A DNA stretch of 64,000 nt from Anaerocolumna sp. (GTDB taxonomy: Bacteria > Bacillota > Clostridia > Lachnospirales > Lachnospiraceae). The DNA lies in the NCBI GenBank assembly GCA_049692775.1, contig JBAVPE010000113.1, positions 1,692-65,691 on the forward strand, in the 5' to 3' direction. Made by a program: the position numbers and the translations under genes. Of this stretch, positions 1-11,100 are shown in pieces; the stretch's first letter is position 1, and each line of letters starts with the position of its first letter. Under the pieces are notes generated by a model. It saw only the letters and a program-made list of their open reading frames with translations. It was not told where the DNA came from and searched no databases.

Positions 1-1584
1 CAAAAACCGATGATTGGGATTGTAAACTCCTATAATGAAATCGTTCCCGGCCATATGAACCTGGATAAAATTGTTGAGGCTGTTAAATTAGGTGTTGCAA
101 TGGCAGGAGGAACACCTATTGTATTTCCGGCAATCGCCGTGTGTGATGGAATTGCAATGGGACATACCGGAATGAAGTATTCACTGGTTACAAGGGATTT
201 GATTGCAGATTCGACTGAAGCAATGGCACTGGCCCATGCCTTTGACGCTCTTGTAATGGTTCCTAACTGTGATAAGAATGTACCGGGTCTTTTAATGGCG
301 GCTGCACGTATTAATATTCCAACTATATTCGTAAGCGGCGGACCTATGCTTGCCGGAAGGGTCCATGGCGAAAAGACCAGTCTTTCCAGTATGTTTGAAG
401 CGGTCGGGGCTTACAGCGCAGGTAAAATGAACGAAGAAGAAGTTGAAGAGTACGCATGCAAAACCTGTCCTACCGCGGGCTCCTGTTCCGGTATGTATAC
501 TGCCAACAGTATGAACTGTCTGACGGAAGCATTAGGTATGGGATTACAAGGCAATGGTACCATTCCGGCTGTATATTCAGAAAGAATACGTTTAGCAAAA
601 CATGCCGGAATGAAGATTATGGAATTATATGAAAAGAATATAAGACCAAGGGATATCATGACGGAGAAAGCTTTTTTTAATGCTTTAACCATAGATATGG
701 CACTGGGATGTTCCACCAACAGTATGCTTCATTTGCCGGCAATTGCCCACGAAGCAGGAATTGAACTAAATGTGGATATAGCGAATGATATCAGCGCAAG
801 GACACCAAACCTTTGCCATCTGGCACCGGCAGGACATGCTTATATGGAGGATTTGAACGAAGCAGGCGGTGTTTATGCTGTTATGAATGAATTAAATAAA
901 AAGAACTTATTATATACAGATTTAATCACCGCGACCGGTAAAACCGTAGGGGAAAATATAGAAGGCTGCAGTAACCGTAATACGGATGTCATAAGACCTA
1001 TTGAGAGCCCATATAGTGAAACAGGCGGTATCGCAATCTTAAAAGGCAATCTGGCACCGGATTCTGCCGTTGTAAAACGTTCCGCCGTTGATCTTAAGAT
1101 GATGAAACATGAAGGACCGGCAAGGGTATTTGATTGCGAGGATGATGCCATTATAGCAATTAAGGGCGGTAAAATTGTAGCTGGTGATGTAGTCGTTATC
1201 CGTTATGAAGGCCCCAAGGGGGGGCCTGGAATGAGAGAGATGTTAAATCCTACCTCAGCAATTATGGGAATGGGACTTGGTTCTTCCGTAGCTTTAATTA
1301 CGGACGGACGTTTCTCAGGAGCGTCCCGTGGGGCATCTATAGGTCACGTATCTCCGGAAGCTGCAGTGGGAGGTAATATAGCCCTTATTGAAGAAGGTGA
1401 TATCATACAAATTGATATTAATGCAAATACAATTAATTTTGTTATTTCAGAGGAAGAATTAAACGCCAGAAGAGCAAAATGGCAGCCAAGAGAACCGAAA
1501 ATAACCACTGGTTATCTGGCAAGATATGCGGCGATGGTAACTTCAGGGAATCGCGGAGCAATCTTAGAGATACCTAAAAGATAA
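1..1584 (+). CDS. ilvD: dihydroxy-acid dehydratase, 5' end cut by window edge
   Basis: Frame is open from nt 1 (QKP precedes the ATG at 10). Shows IlvD/Edd hallmarks [27 protein letters not shown] and [11 protein letters not shown]. Confidence 0.95.
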   Translation, partial: QKPMIGIVNSYNEIVPGHMNLDKIVEAVKLGVAMAGGTPIVFPAIAVCDGIAMGHTGMKYSLVTRDLIADSTEAMALAHAFDALVMVPNCDKNVPGLLMAAARINIPTIFVSGGPMLAGRVHGEKTSLSSMFEAVGAYSAGKMNEEEVEEYACKTCPTAGSCSGMYTANSMNCLTEALGMGLQGNGTIPAVYSERIRLAKHAGMKIMELYEKNIRPRDIMTEKAFFNALTIDMALGCSTNSMLHLPAIAHEAGIELNVDIANDISARTPNLCHLAPAGHAYMEDLNEAGGVYAVMNELNKKNLLYTDLITATGKTVGENIEGCSNRNTDVIRPIESPYSETGGIAILKGNLAPDSAVVKRSAVDLKMMKHEGPARVFDCEDDAIIAIKGGKIVAGDVVVIRYEGPKGGPGMREMLNPTSAIMGMGLGSSVALITDGRFSGASRGASIGHVSPEAAVGGNIALIEEGDIIQIDINANTINFVISEEELNARRAKWQPREPKITTGYLARYAAMVTSGNRGAILEIPKR

Positions 1585-1610
1585 ATGATATTCTATGAAA
1601 GAGGTGTAAA

Positions 1611-3293
1611 ATGCAGTTAACAGGTTCACAGATATTAGTTGAATGTTTAAAAGAGCAGGGAGTAGATACCATATTTGGTTATCCGGGAGGTTCCGTTTTA
1701 AATATTTATGATGAATTATACAGACATCAGGATGAAATACGTCATATTTTAACTTCTCATGAACAAGGTGCTTCCCATGCTGCAGACGGCTATGCCCGTT
1801 CAATGGGTAAAGTTGGCGTATGTCTGGCAACTAGTGGTCCGGGTGCTACGAATCTGGTTACGGGGATTGCAACTGCTTATATGGATTCTGTACCTATGGT
1901 TGCGATAACCGGAAACGTTACAGTGAATTTACTTGGTAAGGACAGTTTTCAGGAGGTTGATATTGCCGGCATCACCATGCCTATAACAAAACATAACTTT
2001 ATTGTAAAAGAAGTAGCAAAACTAGCAGAAACCCTGAGAAAAGCCTTTAAGATAGCCCAGAGCGGAAGGCCGGGGCCGGTATTAGTGGATATAGCGAAGG
2101 ACGTAACAGCCAATAAAGCTGAATATGATAAAGCGGAAATTCCGCCCATAGAAAGAATTAAGGATACCATAGTTAACGAAGATATCGAAATTGCGTTAAA
2201 GATGATTAAAAATGCTAAGAAACCCATGATTTTAATAGGTGGTGGCGCTGTAATATCCGATGCAGATAAGGAAGTAAAAGAATTTGTCTATAAGGTAGAT
2301 GCCCCTGTAACGGATACCTTAATGGGAAAGGGAGCATTCAGCGGTGAGGAAGAGTATTACACCGGAATGCTTGGAATGCATGGAACTAAAACAGCGAATT
2401 TAAGTGTAACAGAGTGTGATCTTTTAATTACGGTCGGGGCCAGGTTCAGTGACCGTGTTACCGGTAATGCGCAGAAATTTGCTAAAAATGCTAAAATACT
2501 GCAGATTGACATAGATCCGGTTGAGGTAAATAAAAATATAATCGTTAATCATTGTATTATCGGTGATGTCAAAGAAGCATTAAAGATTTTAAATGAAAAG
2601 TTAGAGCTGCACGATAACAAGGAATGGATTAAACATGTCCTGGATATGAAAAAACAATATCCGTTAAGATATCATACGGATGTTTTAACCGGTCCTTATA
2701 TCCTGGAAAAATTATACGAAATAACTGGTGGAGATGCTATTATAACTACAGAAGTCGGTCAGCATCAGATGTGGTCTTCACAATTCTTTAAATATAAAAA
2801 ACCACGGACGTTTCTTACCTCCGGGGGACTTGGAACTATGGGTTACGGACTCGGGGCCTGCATTGGGGCTAAGGCAGGCAATCCGGATAAAACGGTAGTA
2901 AACATAGCAGGAGACGGTTGCTTTCGAATGAATATGAATGAGATAGCAACAGCAACCCGTTACAATATACCAATTATCCAGATCGTATTTAACAATCATG
3001 TTTTAGGTATGGTAAGACAATGGCAGTCTCTTTTTTATGGTCAAAGATATTCCCATACTACTTTAAATGACAGTGTAGATTTTGTAAAATTGGCAGAGGC
3101 AATGGGAGCAAAAGCTTACCGTATTACAAAAAAAGAAGAAGTTGGGCCGATATTAAGGGAAGTAATTGCATTAAATATGCCGGTTGTACTTGACTGCCAG
3201 ATTGCAAGTGATGATAAAGTATGGCCGATGGTGGCACCTGGAGCGGCTATTGAAGAGGTATTTACAGAAGAAGATTTGGAAATGAAGAAATAA
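1611..3293 (+). CDS. ilvB: acetolactate synthase large (catalytic) subunit, TPP-dependent
   Basis: 560 aa with GYPGG, SGPGATN and the TPP-binding GGLGTMGYGLGA...GDGCF...NN motif. Sits directly downstream of ilvD with GAGGTG before the ATG. Confidence 0.9.
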   Translation: MQLTGSQILVECLKEQGVDTIFGYPGGSVLNIYDELYRHQDEIRHILTSHEQGASHAADGYARSMGKVGVCLATSGPGATNLVTGIATAYMDSVPMVAITGNVTVNLLGKDSFQEVDIAGITMPITKHNFIVKEVAKLAETLRKAFKIAQSGRPGPVLVDIAKDVTANKAEYDKAEIPPIERIKDTIVNEDIEIALKMIKNAKKPMILIGGGAVISDADKEVKEFVYKVDAPVTDTLMGKGAFSGEEEYYTGMLGMHGTKTANLSVTECDLLITVGARFSDRVTGNAQKFAKNAKILQIDIDPVEVNKNIIVNHCIIGDVKEALKILNEKLELHDNKEWIKHVLDMKKQYPLRYHTDVLTGPYILEKLYEITGGDAIITTEVGQHQMWSSQFFKYKKPRTFLTSGGLGTMGYGLGACIGAKAGNPDKTVVNIAGDGCFRMNMNEIATATRYNIPIIQIVFNNHVLGMVRQWQSLFYGQRYSHTTLNDSVDFVKLAEAMGAKAYRITKKEEVGPILREVIALNMPVVLDCQIASDDKVWPMVAPGAAIEEVFTEEDLEMKK

Positions 3294-3363
3294 TTGGGAA
3301 AAACAGTAGATTAAGAAGTGATAGTTCATCTAAGTTCAAAGAGGAACACTTAATTAACGGATT

Positions 3364-3419
3364 AACGGACACTTTTTGAACAAAATAGATTTTTATTTTG
3401 TTTAAAGGTCCGTTTTTTT
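3364..3419 (+). terminator. putative rho-independent terminator after ilvB
   Basis: AACGGAC (3364-3370) pairs with GTCCGTT (3408-3414) around an inner CAAAATA/TATTTTG stem, followed by a T-run. Confidence 0.5.
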
Positions 3420-3433
3420 ATTTACAAAGGATA

Positions 3434-3462
3434 TTGACTAAAATTTAACCAAGTTTTATAAT
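3434..3462 (+). promoter_or_regulatory. SigA-type promoter for serC-serA
   Basis: TTGACT (3434-3439), 17-nt spacer, TATAAT (3457-3462). Confidence 0.55.
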
Positions 3463-3609
3463 GTAATTGATTAAAGTGGTCAAGTGGAAAATAATTTGAT
3501 ATTGTGCCAAATTAATGTCTATATTAGTTTTATCTGTATTATTTCAACATGTTGATTTAGAAAACCAGTATGAATAAATTTGTTCAACACATTAAAGGAG
3601 GATATAAAA

Positions 3610-4695
3610 GTGGGAAGAGTTTATAATTTTTCAGCAGGTCCGGCTGTTTTACCTGAGGAAGTACTTAAGGAAGCAGCAGAAGAGATGTTAGACTACAAAG
3701 GGACCGGAATGTCTGTTATGGAGATGAGCCATAGGTCTAAGGCTTATGAAACCGTTATAAATGAAGCAGAACAGGATTTAAGGGATTTAATGAATATACC
3801 TGATAACTATAAGGTGTTATTCTTACAAGGTGGTGCATCCCAGCAATTTGCCATGATTCCAATGAATCTTATGAAGAATAAGGTGGCAGATTACATCATT
3901 ACCGGACAATGGGCAAAAAAGGCTTATCAGGAAGCAAAAATTTATGGTCGGGCTAATGCGGTTGCGTCATCAGCAGATAAAACCTTCTCCTATATTCCGG
4001 ACTGTTCCGACCTTCCTATCAGTGAAGATGCTGACTATGTATATATTTGTGAAAATAATACGATTTATGGAACTAAATTCAAAAAACTCCCTAATACAAA
4101 GGGCAAAACCTTAGTTGCGGATGTATCCTCCTGTTTCTTATCAGAACCTGTTGATGTTACAAATTATGGAATTATTTATGGCGGTGTTCAAAAGAATATT
4201 GGTCCTGCCGGTGTAGTTATCATTATTATCCGTGAAGACTTAATTACGGAGGATACTTTACCCGGAACACCTACCATGTTAAAATACAAAATCCATGAGG
4301 ATAATAAATCCTTATACAATACACCTCCGGCTTATGGAATTTATATCTGCGGCAAGGTATTTAAATGGCTTAAGAAATTAGGCGGCTTAGAAGCTATGAA
4401 GGAAATCAATGAAAAGAAAGCAGCTGTACTTTATGATTTCTTAGACCAAAGTAAATTATTTAAAGGAACTGTTGTAAAGGAAGACCGTTCTTTGATGAAC
4501 GTACCTTTTGTTACCGGTAATGAAGAATTGGATGCAAAGTTCGTGAAAGAATCGAAAGCAGCCGGTTTTGAAAATTTAAAAGGGCATAGAACTGTTGGTG
4601 GTATGAGAGCAAGTATTTATAATGCCATGCCAATGGAAGGTGTTGAAAAGTTAGTGCAATTTATGAGAAAATTCGAAGCAGAAAATACAAAATAA
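3610..4695 (+). CDS. serC: phosphoserine aminotransferase
   Basis: AAAGGAGG at 3594-3601 precedes GTG 3610, so the track start at 3580 is probably too early. N-terminus VYNFSAGPAVLPEEVL plus the class V aminotransferase pattern. Confidence 0.9.
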   Translation: MGRVYNFSAGPAVLPEEVLKEAAEEMLDYKGTGMSVMEMSHRSKAYETVINEAEQDLRDLMNIPDNYKVLFLQGGASQQFAMIPMNLMKNKVADYIITGQWAKKAYQEAKIYGRANAVASSADKTFSYIPDCSDLPISEDADYVYICENNTIYGTKFKKLPNTKGKTLVADVSSCFLSEPVDVTNYGIIYGGVQKNIGPAGVVIIIIREDLITEDTLPGTPTMLKYKIHEDNKSLYNTPPAYGIYICGKVFKWLKKLGGLEAMKEINEKKAAVLYDFLDQSKLFKGTVVKEDRSLMNVPFVTGNEELDAKFVKESKAAGFENLKGHRTVGGMRASIYNAMPMEGVEKLVQFMRKFEAENTK

Positions 4696-4807
4696 GGTGA
4701 TTGGCGTAACTATTCATTCGTTTCGGTTAAACAGCTCCAATGTGCAGCTTTTGCATCTTTGGTGTGCAGTAACTGAATAGTACAGTTTTACATAAAGGAG
4801 TGTCATT

Positions 4808-5968
4808 ATGGTAAAATATAATTGTCTGAATCCCATCGCAGCGATTGGTCTGGATTTATTTACTGAAAGCTATGAAAAGGTAGGTTCAATGGAAGAAACA
4901 GATTCCGTATTAGTAAGAAGTACATCTATGCAGGATATGGAATTACCGGATAACTTAAAAGCGATAGCAAGGGCAGGAGCCGGTGTAAACAATATTCCTA
5001 TTGAAAAATGTGCTGAAAAAGGTATCGTTGTATTTAATACTCCCGGAGCCAATGCAAATGGCGTTAAGGAATTGGTTATTGCCGGTTTAATGTTAGCTTC
5101 CCGTAATATTGTCGGGGGAATTAACTGGGTACAGACCGTTAAAGATGATGAGAACGTAGCTAAATTAGTGGAAAAAGGAAAAGCTCAATTTGCAGGTAAA
5201 GAAATTGAAGGCAAGAAATTAGGTGTTATCGGTCTTGGTGCAATTGGTGTTTTAGTTGCAAATGCCGCAAAACGCTTAGGTATGGAGGTATACGGATGTG
5301 ATCCTTATATTTCAGTAAAACATGCCTGGAATTTATCCAGGGATATTATCTATGTCAAGACCAAAGAAGAGATTTACCGCAACTGTGATTATATTACCGT
5401 ACATGTACCTCTTTTAGATGATACGAAAAAAATGATCAATAAAGATACCATGGCAATAATGAAAGATGGGGTTATTATCCTTAACTTTGCCAGGGATTTG
5501 CTGGTAAATGATGATGACATGGCAGAAGCCCTAAAGTCCGGCAAAGTAGGATGTTATGTTACGGATTTTCCAAATGCCAAAACTGCAGGTATGGATGGAG
5601 CTATCGCAATTCCTCATCTGGGGGCTTCCACGGAAGAATCGGAAGATAATTGTGCCATTATGGCAGTTAAAGAAATCATGGAATATATGGAATACGGAAC
5701 CATTAAAAATTCAGTTAATTATCCGGATTGTGATGCCGGATTCTGGGTTTCCGGAAAACGTATTACCATTAACCATAAGAACATACCGAATATGTTAACT
5801 CAGTTTACGGCTCTGTTTTCGGTGGAAAACATTAACATTTCCAACATGATTAATAAGAGCAAGGGTGATTATGCTTATACCGTCCTTGATATCGAAGGAG
5901 ATGTATCCGAATCTACAGCCCAGAAATTAAAATCAATTAATGGTGTATTAAAGGTAAGAATACTTTAA
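4808..5968 (+). CDS. serA: D-3-phosphoglycerate dehydrogenase with C-terminal ACT-like domain
   Basis: 2-hydroxyacid dehydrogenase fold with NAD site GVIGLGAIG. Adjacent to serC; AAAGGAG precedes the ATG. Confidence 0.85.
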   Translation: MVKYNCLNPIAAIGLDLFTESYEKVGSMEETDSVLVRSTSMQDMELPDNLKAIARAGAGVNNIPIEKCAEKGIVVFNTPGANANGVKELVIAGLMLASRNIVGGINWVQTVKDDENVAKLVEKGKAQFAGKEIEGKKLGVIGLGAIGVLVANAAKRLGMEVYGCDPYISVKHAWNLSRDIIYVKTKEEIYRNCDYITVHVPLLDDTKKMINKDTMAIMKDGVIILNFARDLLVNDDDMAEALKSGKVGCYVTDFPNAKTAGMDGAIAIPHLGASTEESEDNCAIMAVKEIMEYMEYGTIKNSVNYPDCDAGFWVSGKRITINHKNIPNMLTQFTALFSVENINISNMINKSKGDYAYTVLDIEGDVSESTAQKLKSINGVLKVRIL

Positions 5969-6011
5969 TTTGCATTTCAAAAGTAAAAGGATATTAAAAT
6001 ACTGAATTTAA

Positions 6012-6041
6012 AGGGGAAGCCTCTCAATGAAAGGTTTCCCT
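6012..6041. terminator. bidirectional terminator hairpin between convergent serA and the YibE/F gene
   Basis: GGGAAGCC pairs with GGTTTCCC (one G-U wobble), with T-rich tracts on both strands. Confidence 0.5.
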
Positions 6042-7282
6042 TAATTTGATTTTTCCATATCTTCGGTTATATCACTTTCTTTGACCGGACAATCCGATAA
6101 TTCTGATGATTTCTGTTTTTTATTAGTCAATAAAATACCACTCGTCAATGCCGTAAATGGTGCCACTGTTACCAGGCCAAAACTGCCTACTATAGTTTCT
6201 ATCATTTCAGCGGAAACATATTTGTAATTTAAAATATTATATATGGGTGTACCCTGAGCCATAAAAACCATAAGTAGGGCAATGTACCCCCCGGAATAGG
6301 CAAGCAGTAATGTGGTTGTCATGGTTCCCATAGCAGCCTTGCCGACATTCATACCGGATTTACTGGCTTCCTTCCAGTTCATACCAGGCTTTTTATTTAT
6401 AACTTCATTAACAGAAGAGGTAATATCTACGGCAAGATCCATAACGGCACCTGAGGAACCAACGAATATGCTGGCCATAAAGATTTGCGTGAGGTTTAGA
6501 TTCTGGTAACCGCTGTAAAGGAGACTCTCGGAATTTGGCATGATTGCACCGTGAATTTTAAAGGCACTGGTAAAAATCATACCCAGGATACAAGTAACCA
6601 GAACACCAAGTGCAGAACCAGACACCGCCGATAAGGTTTTCCGGTTGAATCCATATACCAGGGATATGATGATTATAATCAGTAATACCGTAATGAACAA
6701 ACCGAAATAGATAGGATTGCAGCCTTTTAGATACGCCGGTACTAAGACTTTCCAAATTAACAATACAGTTGTAATAAACGATAGAATTGCCCGAACCCCG
6801 GTTTTGCCGGCTAACAGGATTAAAAACAAGACAAATGCCAGAGCGAGGATTGCCTCATTATTGATACGGTAATGATCAATCAGGTTTACGGACAAGATGT
6901 GATTATCTTCATAACTTATAACCACTAAAGCTTTATCACCTTCTTTAAATATCTTATCCGATTCCAGGGAACCGTTTAAAAGATTATAAGCTTCAACCTG
7001 TTGTCCTTTAAACTTTCCGCCAAGTAACTGCACATGGCAGGTTTGTTCACCCGAGCGGATTAGTCCGGTGTCAATAATATTATCATTATTGACAGATAAG
7101 ATAAGTACGGAGCAGCGGTCAGTACCCTGATAAATCACCGCATCTTCAAAACCGGTGGGCATAATTATAAGAGCGGTTATAAGCAAAAGACATGCAAAAA
7201 CAGGTAAATAATATTGAAGATCGAAGTTGATTTTTTTGCTTTTTATTATATTAAAATACTTTAAAAGCTGATTTTTCAGCAT
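6041..7282 (-). CDS. YibE/F family integral membrane protein
   Basis: 413 aa, multi-TM. Conserved YibE/F C-terminal region GSSGAVMDLAVDITSSVNEV...SGMNVGKAAMGTMTTTLLLAYSG. Confidence 0.75.
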   Translation of the reverse strand: MLKNQLLKYFNIIKSKKINFDLQYYLPVFACLLLITALIIMPTGFEDAVIYQGTDRCSVLILSVNNDNIIDTGLIRSGEQTCHVQLLGGKFKGQQVEAYNLLNGSLESDKIFKEGDKALVVISYEDNHILSVNLIDHYRINNEAILALAFVLFLILLAGKTGVRAILSFITTVLLIWKVLVPAYLKGCNPIYFGLFITVLLIIIIISLVYGFNRKTLSAVSGSALGVLVTCILGMIFTSAFKIHGAIMPNSESLLYSGYQNLNLTQIFMASIFVGSSGAVMDLAVDITSSVNEVINKKPGMNWKEASKSGMNVGKAAMGTMTTTLLLAYSGGYIALLMVFMAQGTPIYNILNYKYVSAEMIETIVGSFGLVTVAPFTALTSGILLTNKKQKSSELSDCPVKESDITEDMEKSN

Positions 7283-7517
7283 AAGAGTTTAAGTCCTTCT
7301 TTCCCTGTCAATTATTGATAAATATGGTACGGTGTTTAAAGTTCCAACTAAGGCTTAAAAATCAAACCGGACGGCGTGATTTTTGAACAGGGCCTGATTA
7401 CATTAAGAGACTGTTGTTTTTTGCAACAGCCTCTTAATAAGCAGCCAGGATTGTCAGAACATTACCGTTATTAACCTTTGATGGTTTCATTTAATAATCA
7501 ATAATACAGTTCTATTG

Positions 7518-9056
7518 TTATTTAACTTTTAGCAAATTAGCAAGGTTATCATATATTTCCGTATTATCATAATACCCCTCGAAAAGATCTGCACCTTCCC
7601 CTTTTGCAAATACACCCACCGGAAGTCCGGTATGGGCATAAGATGAGAAGTTAATACCGGATTTATTGTTTAAAAGATGGGTAATCGTTACAGTTAAGGG
7701 CTCATAAGTTCCGTATAAAATATATTCTTCCTGCGTTCTTTCCGTACTATCAGCATTCATTGTTTTATCATAGGCAGTTTTTAACAGGTCATATTCATAA
7801 GGTGTTAATACTAATTTAGAGTTTTCTGCTGTAGTACTGTCAGTTGAAGTTAATAATCCAAAATTATCTTTGATATCTTTTAATACATCTTTAAAAGAAG
7901 TTTTATTTTCCTTATATTTCTTTACATAATCGGTGTCAAATTTAGCATAGGATAATTTTTGGTTCGTAAGATTGGTTAAATATGTATTATAATCAGTTCC
8001 TGCATAACCAATGGTTAATCCACCGGTTTCATGATCACCGGTTACTATAATTAAGGTTTCGGTCGGATGACTGTAATAGAAATTAATTGCTTCATCTATT
8101 GCATCATCTAATGCAATGGTATCTGCGATGGTGGAACCGGCATCATTTGCATGACAGGCCCAGTCAATTTTACCGCCTTCAACCATCATAAAGAAACCTT
8201 TGTCATTATCCAATACATCAATCCCTTTTTTAACATAGTCTTTCAATTCCCATTCATTTGTTTTTACATCATTTGCGTAAGACAAGGAATCACTGTCTGC
8301 AAGGGTTTCTCCGATAATTATGGATTTACCGTCGGTACTTTTCAGTTTTTCAGCTTCACTTTGTGTTTTAATAACTTTATAACCACTTTTTACAGCTAAA
8401 GTATAAAGATCTTCCTGGGGTTTCGTTTTGTCATCTCCGGTCACATTCTTTAATCCACCGCCTGCAAAGTAGTCGAAATTACTCTTGATCATTTCCAGGC
8501 CGATCGCATAATAATTATTTCTGGATGCCTGGTGTGCATAGAAAGCAGCAGGAGTGGCATGGTTTAAATTAACGGTTGATATAATACCAATCTTATAACC
8601 TAACTGCTTTTTTAACTTTTCTGAAATTGTTTCATAAACAACGGTTTTCGTTTCATCCATATTGATGGTTCCGCTGTAAGTTTTATATCCGGTAGATAGG
8701 GAAGTGGCGGTAGAAGCGGAATCCGGACAAAATGAGGTGGAATCATAAGTAATAGCAGAACCGGCAACAGGAAATTTCATAAAATCCAGGTATTTGTTAC
8801 CTGTTAAAATATTGGAGCTTCTGTTTTGCCCGACAGCACCAAGATAATCGCTTGCTGCCTGAATCTGAGGATAACTCATCCCATCTCCGATAAATAAAAA
8901 CACATATTTGGGTGCATCTGTAATTGCTGCCTCTGCAGCTTTAGGATTTTCGGCTGCAATAGAGGTTGTACTCGTATGTATATTCATAAAAACTGCCGTT
9001 AATACGATTGCACTGATTGCAGTACCTGCAATAACTCTTTTCAATATCTTGTTCAT
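7518..9056 (-). CDS. secreted alkaline phosphatase (PhoA family)
   Basis: FLFIGDGMS and the active-site region DSASTATSLSTGYKT. Signal peptide MNKILKRVIAGTAISAIVL. GGGAG RBS precedes the ATG at 9056; the track start at 9086 lacks an RBS. Confidence 0.85.
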   Translation of the reverse strand: MNKILKRVIAGTAISAIVLTAVFMNIHTSTTSIAAENPKAAEAAITDAPKYVFLFIGDGMSYPQIQAASDYLGAVGQNRSSNILTGNKYLDFMKFPVAGSAITYDSTSFCPDSASTATSLSTGYKTYSGTINMDETKTVVYETISEKLKKQLGYKIGIISTVNLNHATPAAFYAHQASRNNYYAIGLEMIKSNFDYFAGGGLKNVTGDDKTKPQEDLYTLAVKSGYKVIKTQSEAEKLKSTDGKSIIIGETLADSDSLSYANDVKTNEWELKDYVKKGIDVLDNDKGFFMMVEGGKIDWACHANDAGSTIADTIALDDAIDEAINFYYSHPTETLIIVTGDHETGGLTIGYAGTDYNTYLTNLTNQKLSYAKFDTDYVKKYKENKTSFKDVLKDIKDNFGLLTSTDSTTAENSKLVLTPYEYDLLKTAYDKTMNADSTERTQEEYILYGTYEPLTVTITHLLNNKSGINFSSYAHTGLPVGVFAKGEGADLFEGYYDNTEIYDNLANLLKVK

Positions 9057-9557
9057 GTTAACTCCCATCTGCCTGTTATAAGGCATAAAAAATTATTAGA
9101 CATTAACTTACAACTTACCGGTTCATAACGGTTTGTACTCTTTTGGCAGAGTAAAAATTGTTTTGGTGTATCTGCGAACTATTTTTCATATTTTGTATTA
9201 TGATTATTTAAACTTTTTATCCGCCTCCATCTCCTGATTATTTCAATTTCTGACTTTCCTATATATAGTAAAATATGGTATAATTTATAAATACCATATT
9301 GAAAATAAGATGTAAATAGATTGCAGCGACAATTAACATAAGCTTTACCTTTACTGGGATTGCTTTACAAATTTAATATTATTCTTACAAACCCTTCCAA
9401 TAGAGGCACGGTGTAATAGGGCAGACGATTTACTTGCTTTTTAAGGTATATGAATTATAATAGTTAAATAGGATTTGTTTTATAAATATGGAGTTAAACA
9501 AGAATACAAGTATTAAAATGAAACATAAGAATATGATGACTCAGGAGGAATTGCTTC

Positions 9558-10805
9558 ATGGCAGATGTGAAACCGTTTCAGTGTATCAGGCCGGATAAAG
9601 AGGTGGCAGGCAGGATAGCTGCCCTTCCTTATGATGTTTATAACAGGGCAGAGGCTAAAAATGAAATTAAAAAGGAACCTTTATCTTTTCTTCGTATTGA
9701 CCGGGCAGAGACACAATTGGATGACGGCGTGGATACGTATGATCCGCGGGTTTATGCAATGGCAAGGGATCTGTTAGAAAATTTGATTTTAAATGGTACC
9801 TTAATAAAGGATCCCGATGAAGGTTACTATGTATATGAATTAATAATGGATGGAAGATCCCAGACAGGTCTGGTTGCCTGTTCCTCCATTGATGATTATC
9901 TTACTAATGTAATTAAGAAACATGAGAATACCAGGGAAGATAAAGAACTGGACCGTATTTGCCATGTAGATGTCTGTAATGCCCAGACCGGCCCCATTTT
10001 CTTAGCATATCGATCCCATGAGCTAATAAATAAAATCATCAATGATGTGAAAAAGGGCAAAGAATTATACGGTTTTACTTCACCGGATGGAGTTACACAC
10101 AAGGTTTGGGGCATTAAGGATAAAGAACAAATTACCGGAATCAGGCATGCTTTTACCGGTATCGGCAGTATCTATATAGCGGATGGGCATCATAGGGCCG
10201 CCTCCGCAGTGAAGGTTGGTTTAAGGAGAAGAAAAGCCACTCCAGGGTATAAGGGTACGGAAGAATTCAATTATTTCCTGTCTGTTTTATTTCCGGAAGA
10301 TCAGTTAATGATTATGCCATATAACCGTGTGGTGAAAGATTTAAAGGGTTATGATTTAAGGGAATTCCTGGACAGGATATCAGAAAGCTTTGAGGTTGAA
10401 TTACTGGGTAACCATGCATATTCACCGGAGAAAAAGGGCTGTTTCGGTATGTATGCTGCCGGTAACTGGTACAAGCTTACCGCACATGGGGATATTAGAA
10501 ATACTGTGGATCCTGTGGAGGCATTGGATGTTTCCCTGCTGCAAAATCATTTATTAAGTAAAATTCTTGATATCGGGGATCCGCGTACCGATAAGCGGAT
10601 TGACTTTATCGGTGGTATCAGAGGTTTAAAGGAACTGGAAAAGAGGGTTAACGAGGATATGGCAGCAGCCTTCTCCATGTACCCCACCAGCATAACGGAA
10701 TTGTTTGCCGTATCCGATGCCGGTAAATTAATGCCGCCAAAATCCACCTGGTTTGAACCTAAATTAAGAAGCGGTTTATTTATTCATAAACTTACTAAAA
10801 TATAA
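9558..10805 (+). CDS. DUF1015 family protein, function unknown
   Basis: 415 aa. N-terminus KPFQCIRP...ALPYDVY and ADGHHRAASA match my recollection of DUF1015. AGGAGG RBS. Confidence 0.7.
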   Translation: MADVKPFQCIRPDKEVAGRIAALPYDVYNRAEAKNEIKKEPLSFLRIDRAETQLDDGVDTYDPRVYAMARDLLENLILNGTLIKDPDEGYYVYELIMDGRSQTGLVACSSIDDYLTNVIKKHENTREDKELDRICHVDVCNAQTGPIFLAYRSHELINKIINDVKKGKELYGFTSPDGVTHKVWGIKDKEQITGIRHAFTGIGSIYIADGHHRAASAVKVGLRRRKATPGYKGTEEFNYFLSVLFPEDQLMIMPYNRVVKDLKGYDLREFLDRISESFEVELLGNHAYSPEKKGCFGMYAAGNWYKLTAHGDIRNTVDPVEALDVSLLQNHLLSKILDIGDPRTDKRIDFIGGIRGLKELEKRVNEDMAAAFSMYPTSITELFAVSDAGKLMPPKSTWFEPKLRSGLFIHKLTKI

Positions 10806-11100
10806 ATTGAACTAATAGCATATATATAACAGTCCCGGCACCTATACTAAAAAAAGTATTGCTTTTCCAGAGATGGAGGATGATTATTGCAGCAATAGAA
10901 ATAACTTCAGGCATACCGTAAGGTGATAAGGTAAAGGAAATGTCCTTTAAGCAGTAAATAACCAGCATACCGATTATGGTATATGGCAATACTTTTCCTA
11001 AGTACAGTATATATCCGGGGGACTCTTTATTTACAGGAAACAGGATAAAAGGAAGGATCCGGATTATTGCATGGAATAATGGATTTATACCTAAAACACG
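10795..11100 (-). pseudogene. 5'-truncated azlD-like (branched-chain amino acid transport) remnant
   Basis: The open frame reads ...AIIRILPFILFP...LGKVLPYTIIGMLVIYCLKD...LHLWKSNTFFSIGAGTVIYMLLVQ, which is AzlD-like. A TAA lies at 11101-11103, and there is no ATG/GTG start before the TTG at 10989. No azlC partner is upstream. Confidence 0.5.

Noticed and set aside
411-3000. Antisense ORFs inside ilvD and ilvB (411-719, 873-1151, 1564-1830, 1949-2227, 2778-2999, all minus strand).
   Set aside because: They lie fully inside strong, motif-bearing plus-strand genes. They have no RBS and low-complexity or hydrophobic translations, so they are shadow ORFs.
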